Position numbers and translations under genes: made by a program. From Cirrosporium novae-zelandiae (lineage: Eukaryota): a stretch of 64,000 nt of DNA. This document shows, piece by piece, positions 1 through 13,537 of the stretch. Within the stretch, counting starts at the first letter, position 1. Each line of letters starts with the position of its first letter. The notes under the pieces were generated by a model. That model saw only the letters and a program-made list of their open reading frames with translations, was not told where the DNA came from and ran no database searches. Where the stretch lies: assembly GCA_026023565.1 (NCBI GenBank), contig JAPETS010000041.1, forward strand, positions 62,001-126,000, given 5' to 3'.

Positions 1-651
1 ACAATACATAGCAGCTCTAGCCATCATCGAGGGAGTAAAGTCTTACGGCAAGGGCTACGAAAACCTCCCAGTCAGATTAAAGTGGCCCAACGATATCTGT
101 AAATCCTTTCGCTTTCTCTTCACCTAAAATACATAGCCAGTACATACTAACCACTTCATCTAGACGCCCAAGACCCCACAAACAAAACTAGCAAATCCTT
201 TGTCAAAATCGGCGGCATCCTCGTAAATTCCCACTACTCCAGTAGTCAATACCTTTCCGTCGTCGGCATCGGCATCAACACCACCAACGCCCTTCCCACA
301 ACCTCCTTAAATGCACTCCTACCCCCACACCTCCCTCGTTTTACTCTCGAAAAGCTCCTCGCCCGCTTTCTCACTACCTTCGAGTCCCTCTACACCCGTT
401 TTCTGCGTACCGGTTTCGACCGCAGCTTCGAGGAAATGTATTATAAGCATTGGTTACATATGGACCAGATCGTGACGTTGGAAACGGAGGGAGGCGCCCG
501 GGCAAGGATTAAGGGGATTACGAGGGATTGGGGGCTGTTGTTGGCGGAGGAGTTGGGGTGGGAGGATAGACCCACGGGGAAGGTATGGGCGCTGCAGACG
601 GACAGTAATAGTTTTGATTTTTTTAAGGGATTGGTGAAAAGGAAAGTTTGA
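1..651 (+). CDS. BPL1: Biotin--protein ligase, 3' part (truncated by window start); intron 99-163
   Basis: Spliced translation gives LKWPNDIY...KIGGIL...VGIGIN (BPL catalytic motifs) and the C-terminal LQTDSNSFDFFKGL; GT...CTAAC...TAG intron. Confidence 0.93.
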
Positions 652-1983
652 TGGAAGTTGGCGGGGTCTTTTAAAAAGAGATGGATGTTGGGATTGTTCT
701 AGGTACGAATAAGATTATGGATATTTTCAGCTGTTTATGAAGATGGTAGGTATAGGTGGCAATGCAGTAGACAGATCAGTCATATATGAACATTTGCAAA
801 CAACAAGATACACGCTCTTAGGGCATCAAAGGACCTTACGATTACCTTAACTAAAAATCATCATAGCCTTGATTTGCCCATAAAAGTAAGCGAGGAAGCA
901 CAATCAGAAAGAGCCCATCCCCTTAGTCCACAATACCAGCTCCCCCTTCTCTCAAACTTTTTTATATACTCGTTACCAATCACCCAACTTATTCCCCCGA
1001 CAGATAGTAGGCTACTTAGTTACTTCGGCCTGATGCCGCCGCAACTGTGCTCAAGCAGGCCTTGAGGAATCGCACGCATACCTACTTACGAGAGATCATT
1101 CTTCATCAAAGTTGATGCCTGTTAGTGAACAGGGTATTGAGTCACATATAGCGGTAGTGTGTACTCCCTTGATATAATTTTCAAAATTTATATAAGTTGA
1201 TAAAATTGAAATTTTGCATGTTGGGCCATAACCCTTATATTTGTGGAGGGGGGGGGGGTCAAACTGAGCCTTTTGCTTTTTTCCGTTGTTTGGTGTTTTT
1301 TTCGGGGGGGAGCACTTTTAGGCTTTTAGCTTTTGTTTTTGTTTGAAATAGGGCTATCATGCTGATGCGGTAGAAGCGAGTGAATGGACTTATATTTTGG
1401 TTTGGTGGTGGTCATATTGAGCGAGGTTTTGGTGTTGAAAGTAATTTTTTGGTTGGCATCAGGGGTTACATTCAACGTAGTTTGATGATCGCCATATTGG
1501 GCGTTGTTATAATCATCCTTTCCCTCAAATTACTTCCTTTTTCTCTGAATTTATGGATGTCGTCGTATATAGCTGAGGTGTCATTTGGGTTTACTCCGTC
1601 AGCATATCTGATGGTATTTGTCTTGCAATTATTGGTTTTTCTTTTTTCCACATATCTTCCTAAAAGGCTGTACGGAGGCTTTACAATTAATATCAGTCTC
1701 TCATGTTAGTGGTTGAAGCACCAAAGGCCTATGACGGGACCTGTGTTCAAGAATGCATCATTAGCAATGTCCATACTCGTGCAACTGAAAGAGCCACGAA
1801 AATATCAAAGCTCACGTTCATACTTCATAACATCATTTCTTTGAACTCCATGAACGATCTCAACACCCCATCCTAACTTTTTAACGCCGGGGTCGTCCAC
1901 GCTATGCGCAAGTAGTCCTATCTTATACTATTCCAAAGCAGTTCGCCTTACTAGACCCATTCTTAAAACCAGTCCTTGTCCTT

Positions 1984-3031
1984 CTATGCTTTCGTCACTA
2001 CTAGTGGCGTTGATTTCCAGCCTTCTATCGGGAACGTGAAGTCACAATCGCCTTCTCCCTTTTCAATAGGGCATGCATTTGGGTCGAATAATGTCCTCTC
2101 GAAGTACCTTGCTCTTCCATTGTGGTCCACAAGGATGATAGTCTGCATTTGGGTACCATACATGCCGGTTAACCCAAAATCCTTATCCCTCTTATGCAAG
2201 CCATTAACAAGCTTCACAGGTTCAGAATCTCTAACTGCCCTTATCTTGTCAGCGTCCTTTCCTAACGTACCCGGTCCTTCTATAGGAGGCACGAATATGC
2301 TCTCTTGGAGTTGCATGATATAACTTTCCCATGATTCTCCTATTTTTCTTTTCGGTAGTGTGTCTGTGCTAAGAACATCCAAAAATCTCTGAATTAGTTG
2401 ATCTTCGGTTTCGTTCTGCTCCACACTTGCGCGGATTGCATCTTTCATCAGCCTCTCTCCATCAAGAATCTTCGGCCAGCTATGCTCCTCGAATGCAGCG
2501 TTGCTCAACCCAACAGTTTCGTTCTTTGTCTTTGCGATCCATACCACATCGTCGACACGAGGAGTTCTGTTCGAGATAACGGCTAGCGGTTCGCCAACCT
2601 TGCCACATACTAAGCTGAAACCTCCTACCCCTTTCTCTCCATCGCATTCTACAATTCTTTTTATAAAATCGTTTGTTGTTTCATTGCTATCTGGTGGGAC
2701 CTTGAGGAATGAGTTGACCATGCACCCTCTACTTCTGGCCCCTCGATATGGCGCTTGCCCTTCTTCACGGAAGTTGGTGAGCACGGCAATTCGACCTTGC
2801 TTGGTCATGCCCATCCACGTTCCGTGGGCTTCGCGAAGTAGGTCTTGGGCACCGAGGACGTGTGAGTTTGGTGGATCCCACCAATCGGCATTTGAGGTTG
2901 GACGGGTGAGGAACTCCTGCGGGCCGTGTTAATTCACATGCTTATGAGAGGGGGTTTAAACTCACATCACGGTTGTCGATCAGGATCAGCGGGTATAGTG
3001 GATGGGCGGTAGATACGAGTGCAATACACAT
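1984..3031 (-). CDS. TANGO2/NRDE-family (DUF833) protein; intron 2917-2965
   Basis: Exon 1 MCIALVSTAHPLYPLILIDNRD joins EFLTRPT, rebuilding the NRDE motif; GTWMGMTKQGRIAVLTN, SRG and YGT motifs. Confidence 0.9.
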
Positions 3032-3977
3032 TTCCGGATTGATGTTCGAATATACTCAACGTTGGAGAATCTATCAAGTATTTTCTTTTGGTGGTAGATG
3101 ATGAGTGAAAGGGAGAGGTAAGAGCACAAGATCTTTTAAGAAGCTGTAGAAGCACGAAAAGCTACAGGAAGGTAGGAAGGTAGGCCACGTCAATTCACCG
3201 CCGAGCTGTTTACTCAGTCTAGGTAAGCTCAGGTTCCTAAAACAACCGCAGCTGTCATGCGGGGAACGGCGAGGGCCAAGTTGGCATAGGACTACACGAC
3301 TACTTACTTCCTATCTGAAGTACCTGGGTACCTTGTATGGGGTCGAAAAGGCGGAGTGAGGCCAAGGAGCCCTGTGGCTCTGTGACTTTGAGGCTTTCCC
3401 TGTATGGCCGAGGTAGATTACCGACATTTGACAATTACAACTTAAATTTTTTTTGGCTATATCTCATGACCAAATTTTCGTATTTCCATCGTGGCGAGTA
3501 GGCTTATTTCATGAAAACATCTGATTTCCATATCACGCTCCCCATGAAGGGGGAGGGTGTAAAAATATATAGGAGAGATTTTCTTAAAGGATTCTTACTC
3601 TTCGTTGTCGTCGGGGTGTCAAAGAAGCTTTTCGGTATAAGGGTCAATCAGGTAATCCCGGTGCCCCGTTATCCCTTGTTGACTTTATCGATAACGAACG
3701 GTTCTCGGGAGCCGAAACTTGTGCCTCTATGCCTCGCCAACCCCTCAATACCACCCCCACCCAGATAGCCTATGGCTCATTAACATTTGTCTCACTCACC
3801 GTTCCAAGCCCATCATCGTGACTACAATGAACCACCCTTTTTGGCTTCTACCTAATGAGTATGCTGCCTGATCACGGGAAAGCTTCTTTACTCTCCCTTC
3901 TTGCAAAAACACATATTCTTCTACTCATCATATTCTTTTACCAACAATAACAAATATTCTATTCATTCTACAACACC

Positions 3978-5149
3978 ATGTTCGATCTCCTACCAAATTT
4001 ACTTTCGTATGTCCCCAAGATTGAAGTTCTGTATCCGGCTAGTAGACTTGCAGTGCTAAGCATTAGCATAGCTATCTGGCTATGTTTACGCTGCTCTAGT
4101 CAACTCTCGACTAGTTAAGGATGGATGGCTAAGATTATCATCTAGATCAGTTGTTGCGATCGCCTTCCCTATATTTGCTTCTTATAAAGCCCTCCGAACT
4201 TCAGATCCGTCTCAGCTTACACCATGGCTAATGTACTGGGTTGTTCTCTCGACCGCTCTCTTGGTTGAGTCGTGGACGGCTTTCATCCTCACATGGTTCG
4301 CCGTCACTCAAACCCCAAGAATTAAAAGCAAACATACTTATGGTGTGGCCGGATAGGATCCCATTTTATGGCTGGTTTCGCCTATTCTTTCTTTCTTACC
4401 TCGTCCTCCCTCAGTCACAAGGCGCAAGAATAATCTACCAAGACCATATACACCCGTTTCTAGCTCACCATGAGCAAGAGATTGACGACTTTATCAGCAA
4501 TGCGCATGATCGTGCCAAAGCTGCAGGGCTCCAGTACATAAAACAAGCAATTGATTTTATAAAGGAAAATGTTTTCGGTATTCAGCCACAACCTTCTCCT
4601 CCACCGACCCGTCATGCAAGCTATGCACAGACTCTCTTGTCTCGATTTAACCTTCCAACTGCTGGCGAGGGTCTGGCAGCACCCGCAGGCGATTTCTACG
4701 GCTTATTGAGCTCTGCCCTCGCTGGGGCTATGGGAAGTGGGGGGTCGAGGGATCGACAAGCTGAAGACTTGAGCGCGAGCGGAACTCTGGTGCCGTCGCA
4801 TATCACCTCGGATGCTGAGAAGATGACCTATCTCTCGGCACAACGGGAACGACTTCGTGTGTTGCTCTCGGCGTTGGATAAAGAGGCAAGCGATATTTCT
4901 GTCCCCCAGGATAGAGAAATGGAGGACGATTTAGACAGGAGGATGCATAATATATCAGGAGAATTCCGTCGCAGGAGGTCCAACGATGGGTTGAAAAAGA
5001 ATAGGAGTGAGGTAGACTTTGAGTCGATTGAGCATCCTAAAGAATCAGCAAAGCAAGGAAGAACAACTAGCGGTGGATGGATGCCGTGGAGTTGGAATGC
5101 GAATGAGGAAGCAAGATCCTCCGGGACTGATACTGATATGAACTATTAG
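3978..5149 (+). CDS. HVA22/TB2-DP1 (REEP-like) ER membrane protein; introns 4007-4145 and 4296-4356
   Basis: Spliced MFDLLPNLLSSVVAIAFPIFASYKAL...WLMYWVV...WIPFYGWFRL...LPQSQGA..IY is the TB2/DP1/HVA22 signature. Confidence 0.88.
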
Positions 5150-7081
5150 ACTCGCATTGTGGTCATGGCGAGGCCATCAGCAAATGTGCAAAAGTACCAA
5201 CTATCGTTAAAGTTTTTGGTAAGAATAGAAACGCAAGACAATGAAAGGCGTAAATTTGTATCAATACTGAAGTTAGTGAAGTTGCTATATGGCTTAGATA
5301 TTATATTTATATAGATTGATGTGCTTAGGGCCGTCGTACAGGCCCAAATAAGTGTGCAGCAGACGGAGGCGATCATGGTGCTTGGTGGGCCCAAGCTTGA
5401 GTTCAAGGGCAGCAACCAAGAAGTTCTCGAAGGCCCTTGGCCTGCAGAATGGGAGCCACAAGACCAGGGTAAATTACCTAGGGAAGTAAGAATCATCAGT
5501 CCCCAAGATCAGTTACATTAATTACATTCATGACCACAGTAAATTAAATTACTTTACAAAGTAGTCACTGTCACTTAAAATTCAAAAAAAAGAGTAATGG
5601 ACAACAAGAAGCAAAGTGAGATGGTTCATAGATAGATGATATGGATGATGACGGATGAACCAATGATTAATGGACCAAAGGTCTTGGGCGCATCACCCCA
5701 TGTTACTATGTACCCTTTCGGGGACATCCACGGCATGTGTTGAGGAGATGGGAGATGATGAGTAGGACAAGGATCAGATGGGACGGAAGATTATTATGAT
5801 TATTATTGTGGACGATGTGTGAAGTGGCAGTTTGTAACCAACTAAAATACAAATGCTTTTCACCCGGTTTCTCCCTTGGCTTTGTTTGACGATTCAGGCA
5901 AATGAAATAAGAAATGAGCCTTGCCAAGCTTTTGCTTCCAGATTTCTGTTTGTTGGTCTTCAGTTGCCCTCAAGAGTCAAGCAAGCCCTCAACTAAAGTC
6001 TCTCTCCCTCTCTCGGGCCTTCCAGGGCTTGGTACCAAGTAAACGCCCACAAAAGGAATTCCAATCAAATCAATTGATCCATTAATTTGTAAAATTCACA
6101 CACAACTTCGGGCACCTGGGTAACATAACTATAGAAATAATTGAACTTGACATTTCAAATGAATTTTGATAAAAAGAAACAAAAAAGAAACAAAAAAAGA
6201 CTTTTGCGTAATTTGCAACAAGGAACAGCCTTCTCTCTGAATGGAGTCTAGGGCAAAGGCAGATACAGATAAATAGATAATACGTATTATTATATGGGGG
6301 ATTGAAAGTTTTGACAAGACCAGACCCAAGGAACAAGGTATTGTACTTACTTGTATGTAGTGAGTGCATCATCATCATCACCATCAAGTTTTCCCAGATT
6401 TCTGCTGGACAATGTAACTAACTGTAATACAAAGAATGGACTCTAGTTGTGATATAATAATAGTAATTATTAACCAGTGCCTAGACTATCGATTACTTCT
6501 TTTTGCTGCTTTTGGCGCAGTGGAAGCATCAGTGGAAGAGCAGAGCAGAACTGAATAGTTAAAACAGCAAAAAACGCACTTGTTCGCTAAACCGCCTCCC
6601 CTTTAACATCCCAGACCAAAGATTCCTCACCCAACTTTTTTCATCCACCAACCTTCATCCACCACCACATTTTCCGGCGGATCCTCTTCACATTCTCGAG
6701 GAGGAAATTTGCGGATTCAAAACAACAATCTTGTTTGGATTCTGCTAGCTGAAGACCTTTTGCTGAGATCTCGCTCTTCTTCTTTCAAGAGTGATCCTTG
6801 GCCACACAAATTAACTTTGAGTATCAGGTCTGCCAAATTTATCGCAGAAATATCCTGATCTTCATCTTCACCAATTCTCAGCGATTCTTTTTCGCTATTA
6901 CCTCTTAATTACTACTTTTGCTCACCTCACCAGCTTATCTTCACCTCACATTCTACTTCCTTCTCCTATCATCATAATTATCTGGACGTCAATACTTGGA
7001 AATTTTCCAATACATCCAGATCTTATCTTCCGACACAAATTTCGAAACCAAACTTGATCGAGCAAAAACAACAACTCCCGA

Positions 7082-10000
7082 ATGTCCACTCTCGCTCAGC
7101 AACCAGTCCCACAAACCTCATCTACAACGACTTCATCGCAAACGGCTAGCCAGGCGCATTCGCCATCGCCCTCTACAAGCGGCACAACGTCGCAGGCAGC
7201 AGCCGTCCCTGCCCCCACTGCTCGTTCGTACGCCAACGCTACTAAGAGATCTTCTGTCGCGTTAAGTACACCCAATTCGACAGTGGGAGGCTCCGTGCCG
7301 CAACCGCAGCATGGAAAGTCGCCTTCGATCTCTCCAGTAAATGGTAGGAACCCCATCTCACCAGCCGTGCCGGCTGTGAACGCTCCGACAATCGTAAACG
7401 GGAACTCGGTTGCAAATCACAGTTCTGCAGCGCAAGAGCATCACAATACTCATAGCCGAAAACCTTCCGTCACCATCAGCGCTGCTGGATCTAGTGGCTA
7501 TATCCCAAATGGAGGCCCGGTTGACGGGTCAAAACCAAATAACATACAGTTTGGATCAATCAAACCAGGCGGTTCTCCAGCCCCATTACATAGTACTCTC
7601 CAACCCACCCCAAACCCATCAGGCCTTGCCGCAAACCCTCAGATAAATCCTCGAGTCACATCACCACAAACCTCACCTTCACCTATCCCTCAACCTGTTG
7701 CAAGTGGCGGTAGACACCCACCTCCGTCAAGCAACTTTCAAGGCCAAGGCAATATGCCAAGCTTTGGTAGCATGGGCGGCGAGTCTGGAGAGGCAAATGT
7801 AAGTCGGGTTCAATTATTAGCTTCCAATTTCTCAGTTCTAACCAACCCACAGCGCCGTGCATCTGGGCTAGTCCCAGGACCTCAACACATGCGCCGCGAG
7901 TCCTCACAATCTGCACATAGTGATATTCCGAATCCTAATATGGGTCCTGCTGCTAGTCGCGGAGGATACCCCCAAAATGCAGGTCGAGGACGAAATTTCC
8001 CTCCACCTTATCAGCAACATGTGCCATATTCCCCCAGTCTCGGGTATCGCAACATGCAACAGCAGGGTCGTCCCAATTCACAATACGGAGTACAAGGAGG
8101 TCGGCCATTAGCACCATTTCCCAATTCTCCACATCAGTCGGCACGAAGCCCAGTGCCTACGAATGTGACCCCAGTTACGACCCCACAAATGGCACAAGCC
8201 CAATTACCAATGCACCAACCCCACTATGGAGGTTATCAACAACATGCAAGTTATCCCTCTTCTCTTCGAACCCAAAATCGTGGAAATTACAATAAGAATC
8301 GTCGTCCGTCAAAGAATTTCAACAGACCCAATGGCGGGCGCTTTGATAGGCCTAGCGACAAACACTTCAACAGAGACTATGATACTCAGTCTTCTGAGCG
8401 AGGGCACCCTCGTCGCTATCAAAGATCCCCGTCATTTGAGCAGCCCTCATTCCATGAATCGTTTCCTGTCATACCCCTTCAATCCCCTCCCCCCTTTCCA
8501 CCCTCTCTACCCGTTTCGATTCAAAACACCAATTTCTCGCCTGAAAGTGGCAATTTTGAACAAGTAATTCTAACACTTCATTCCGCTTCCCAGAATCCGT
8601 ATGCCATGGCAACACCCTATCCTCAGTTTGTGGACCCCGCCTACTATGGTGGCTTCCCACCCCAGGCCAGCCTGCATCAAATGCCATACGGTATGCCGCC
8701 GTCGTCCCCTCGGCCGCCCTACGCACAGCAACCTGCTCATTACGTGCCGGGTCAATATGGAGCACCCCCTCAGGCTCAACCAATGTCGCGAACATCTTCT
8801 CAAGTTTCTACAACCGATCGACCAGCCTCGAGTATGGGACAAATCCAAGCCCCTCCAATGACGGCTACCCCATCTCAGGGACATGCTCAGCCAGCAAGTA
8901 GCCGATCAAGTAATAGCCCCGCCCCTAAGCCTAATACTAATTTCAAGATACCCCGCAAGAGCGCAGCGATCTCGATTAAGGATCCTACTACAGGTGTGCC
9001 GATTAGCCTGGACAAATCACCGGCTTCACCCGCTTTGCAGGCTCGTGGCACTCCATCTCCAGTCAAGAGTGTACCAACGCCTCCCCCAAGATCAGTAAGC
9101 AGTGCCGATCAACAGCGTAGCCGCTCCGAATCACAGAGCATCAAAACTGATGCTGAAAAGAAGCTTGATTTCAAAGATGAAGTCGCCAAGAAAATCGAAG
9201 CGGATCGAGCTGAGGAGCAGCGACGAAAGGAAGAGGCTCAAAGGGCCGAGAAGGCTGCAAAGGATAAGGCGGAAGCTGAAGCTAGGGAGCGTGAAGCTGC
9301 TGCCATAAGAGAAAAAGACGAAAAGGAGGCCAAAGAGAAGCGACTTCAGGCAGAAGCTGAAGCTAAGAAAGCCGAGGAAGCTGCTGCTGCTGAGAAGAAA
9401 AGGCAAGAAGAAGAAGAAGAAGCCAAGAGGAAGGCCAAGGAAGCCGAAAAGAAAAATGAGCCCGAAGAGATCGATTATGATGCTATCGAGGCCGAATACC
9501 AACGCATGGAAGAGGAAGAAAGGGCAGCCGAAGAAGCATATCAAAAGAAGAAACAAGCTGAAAAAGAAGTGAATGCGGCCAAAGCAAAAGAAGCTGCCGC
9601 CAATGAGGAGGCCGAACTCAAGAGGGCAGAGCGTGAGGCAGAAGAGGCTGAGGAAAAGCGTCTCAAAGAACTTGACAGCAAAAAGGAAAAGGATGATGAA
9701 AATGCTAAACTCTTTGCTTCCCTTAAAAGTCACGGTGGTCTCTCGACTCCAAGTGACGCACTGGCTTCGAAATCACCTGCTGGGAGCGGAACTGCTACCC
9801 CGACATCTGACATCTCAATGCCACCACCTGCCAAGCACGTTGGAAAGCGTGAAAAACCAGCAGCTCTCAAGTTGGAGACAACTAAAACCATTGAACCAGC
9901 TCAGCCGAGTGCTGCCTTGCAGTCTCTTCGATCTGCAAAGAGGATCCTGCGACTAGACGAAATTGCTTACCCTCCTTCAGTTTCATCCCCTAACCCGGCT

Positions 10001-12132
10001 CTAAACTCTCATGCCCCTACAGGCCGATTTAAGTACGACAAGGAATTCTTAATGCAATTCCAGCGAGTTTTCACGGAGAAACCCAGCACTGATTGGGATA
10101 TGAAGGTCGCCGATACTGTAGCTGCTGATGTACCCAAGTCAGCACGCACTCCCAGTATAGCCGGCTTAGGTCCCCGTGGTAGTAGTCGCCACAGTCTTGC
10201 AAATACCTTTAATATGGGACAATTTGGTCAGACTGGCTCAAGGACATTGCCTCCTGGCACTACCTCGGAACAGCGCTTCAATGCTACTATGGGCCCAGGT
10301 GGTGGGCGCCCACCGCTGAACAATCCATTAGGTTCATTTGGACGAGGAAGCTTTCCGATGGCACTTGGATCAATGGGCCGTACTCCATCTTCGGTTTCTC
10401 TCCACAATCAAGTGCCTTCTTCTCCCCGTGTTGGAAGCCATCGTGGCCGGCAAGATAGCAAGCGTACTCATGGCAAGCAAGATAAGAAGAAGGAACACGA
10501 GGAGAATAAGAGTATGCCTCTGACAGCAGGCATGAACCTCACACCTTTACAAGTATCTCAAACTGGTTGGAAACCAAGAAGTATTGGTGCTAGCGCCAAT
10601 CAACCAGGACCAGCGATTGGAGAAATGATGCCTCCCGATATTGTTCAAAGAAAGGTGAAGGCCGCGTTGAACAAGATGACTCCCGAGAAGTTTGATCGTA
10701 TTGCCGATCAGATTCTCACTATTGTGGCTCAAAGCAAGAACGAGAGTGACGGCAGAACACTACGGCAGGTCATTAGTCTTACTTTCGACAAAGCCACTGA
10801 TGAGGCACACTGGGCATCCATGTATGCTATGTTCTGCAAGCGCATGCTTGAAACGATGTCGCCCGAAATAAAAGGTAAATTTCAAATTCATTCCTTCTCA
10901 CTACATGCTAATGTGGAGTTTCTAGATGCCACTATAACCGACCGTCAAGGACAGCCAGTTACAGGAGGCAATCTCTTCCGCAAATATCTCCTCAACAGAT
11001 GCCAGGAAGAATTCGAAAAAGGATGGACCGTCAATCTTCCCAAGAATCCTGAAGGTGCGGAGTCCCATGAAGCTGTTATGTTATCTGATGAATATTACAT
11101 CGCTGCTGCTGCGAAACGACGGGGTTTGGGTCTTGTTAAGTTCATTGGTGAGCTGTTTAAACTTCAGATGCTTACTGAACGAATTATGCATGAATGTGTC
11201 AAAAAACTACTAGAGTTTGAAGGTATGCCAGATGAAGCAGAAGTGGAGAGCTTGACAAGTTTGTTGCGAACGGTTGGTAAAAACTTAGATGAAAGCGAAA
11301 GAGGGCATCCTATGATGGATGCCTACTTCCAGCGTATTGGCGGGCTCATGCAACTCGATGGCTTGAATAGTCGTCTTAGGTTCATGCTTCTAGATGTTAT
11401 TGACCTTCGATCCAAGCATTGGGCCGATAAGAGGTGAGCCAGTCTGCGTGTTATTTTCTGGCAATCAGAGAACTAGGACTAACTTACTTATAGCGCTAAT
11501 AAGGGACCCAAAACTATCCAAGAGATTCGAGAAGAGGCCCAATTGCAAGCTCAAAAGCAAGAACTTGAACGCATGCGCCAGCAAAGCCGAGGCGGTGGTA
11601 GATCTAATATGGGCCGCGGTGACTCCCGACACTTTTCCTCTGGAATGGGACCACCTCAGGACTACAAGCAAAATACTGTTGGTATTGATGATCTTCGCCG
11701 TCTCGGTAGCCGGACCAATTCGAGACAAGTCAGTCATCACGGCACTGGACCTAGTTTCGGACCATCCAGCCTCTTCAACCAACGGAGTAACAGTGGTCGA
11801 CGGACGTTGGGTCCTCAGCTCATGAGGGGCGGAGACGACAGCAGCCATAGCAGCCGAACAGGAACACCCGTTTCCCAGAAGGAGAGGAAAGAAAAGGAGG
11901 AGAAAGAGGCTGCCCATGCCAATTCTTTCAGGTAGATTTTCCCGATCAATTACCATTAAAAGAATCTACTGCTTACACTTTCTTGCTTAGTGCACTAGCC
12001 AGTTTGGATCCTCACGGTGACCACCACGATGCCGGATCCCCCCCTTCGACTAGCGCCTCTCCAATACTCCCCAAGGTTCGACCAACCCATGAGCGTACCC
12101 GATCAAAATCTCCAACGAAGAAAGACGCTTAG
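7082..12132 (+). CDS. TIF4631: Translation initiation factor eIF4G; predicted introns 7799-7852, 8246-8593 (GC-AG), 10875-10925, 11434-11493, 11932-11990
   Basis: eIF4E-binding YxxxxL-phi motif (KYDKEFLMQF); MIF4G domain (VKAALNKMTPEKF...FDKATDE...LLNRCQEEF...FIGELFK...SRLRFML); spliced tail KSANKGPKTI. Confidence 0.96.
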
Positions 12133-13537
12133 GTTGAATTCCAGCCAAACTTTCCTCACTTTTCCTTCCAGTCTACCTCTTCCTATGAAAGGAGGATTAG
12201 ACATATGTCATGCTCTCCAAAAAATGTCTTTTTGCATCAAAAAACTTCGGATTATAGACAAGCACGCGGGCACAAAATTCCCCAGGGCGGCTTCTGGGGA
12301 TGGGAGAGACATGGGTCCATGGCTAAATAATTCTGGTACGGGGTTATGGGTAATATTATATGGGTATTGGGGGGGGGAGGGGGGGGGGATATTGGCAAAC
12401 GGCAATGACAGCAAGGCAGTAAGGACTGGACGTCATGAACGGCATGAAATGATCCTTTTTATGAATAGTGACATGCTGCTTATATATATTGCTTCAAAAA
12501 GCAATGACTGTCTGGCTTAACTTAAGTAGGCTCTGTCATCATGTTTGTTTGCTTATTTCCGTCCGCCGGGCAACGCGGGTCTATCCGTCACGGATGGATG
12601 ATCTTGGTTCTTTGTCTGGCTTACAACGGGAATATTGATGAATTGATTTGAGAAACAATGGTAGGGGTGATGGGTGCTGGAGGACAGAGTGGCATTCACC
12701 AACAACCGATGAACACGCATTACTTCTGGGCTTTTGTTGTTGTTGTTGTGTGTTGCCCTACGCGTGTGAGTGTGTTGTGTTATGTGTTTTTTCTCTTCAT
12801 TTCGAGATTCCTTCATGTCCATACTTTTTTTCCGTACTGGTTTTGTTGTTAGATTTCCCCCACTTTTTGTCGCCGGCGCTGAGCAAGCAAGCAAGCGAAG
12901 AAAAGCTTTGGCATATACTGTTCCTTTTATGAGGTTGAAGGCTCAAAGCATCACAAGCTGCAATGCAGTAGACTGGCTTAATCTGGGGAGAAGCAATTAA
13001 TACCTACATTACTGAAATTCACATTCAAAAACTTTCAACGTAATGTAATCGACCCACGAATGCCCTGCTAAACACCCTACTAAGCAGTTTCATATTAAAG
13101 TAATGAGTAAAATATTAATTGTTAAGAGGGGTAACGCGAGCAAGGTTGGTTAGATTACTTTGCTTTTCTCGTCCTTTTCCTCTGAATCATCCTATCTTAG
13201 TATCTGATTCACGAGTTCCAGGTCAAAGACCCCAAGAGAGGGGAGAGAAAGAACGAAAATAATTAGGCTACGAGGAAGTATATATTGGCTTATTTTGTAG
13301 TCTTATCGTGGATTTCAAGGAGTACTGGCATATCCACCTACTGATCCTTGAATTCCTATAAAGACTCGAACTCGCCTTTGCTTTAGCGAGTTCATAAACA
13401 TATCATCATATACCATTAATCATAGCCCCTCATTAGAGAAGAGAGTAATCATACAGCCAGCCGGCTCCACCTGTCAACAACTCTTGGAATACCTTCGAAA
13501 CAGCATGGTAATTCCACTTCCTTCCCATACCCAAGCA

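Noticed and set aside
1076..1110. Resemblance to U1 (ATACTTAC) or U3 (TACTT...GATCATT) 5' ends
   Set aside because: Only partial matches; U1 loop motifs and U3 box B/C spacing are absent
1380..1709. 109-aa hydrophobic ORF
   Set aside because: GTG start; T-rich composition explains the hydrophobicity; no family motif
9131..9733. 200-aa hydrophobic antisense ORF
   Set aside because: It mirrors the GAA/AAG-rich Glu/Lys coiled-coil codons of eIF4G
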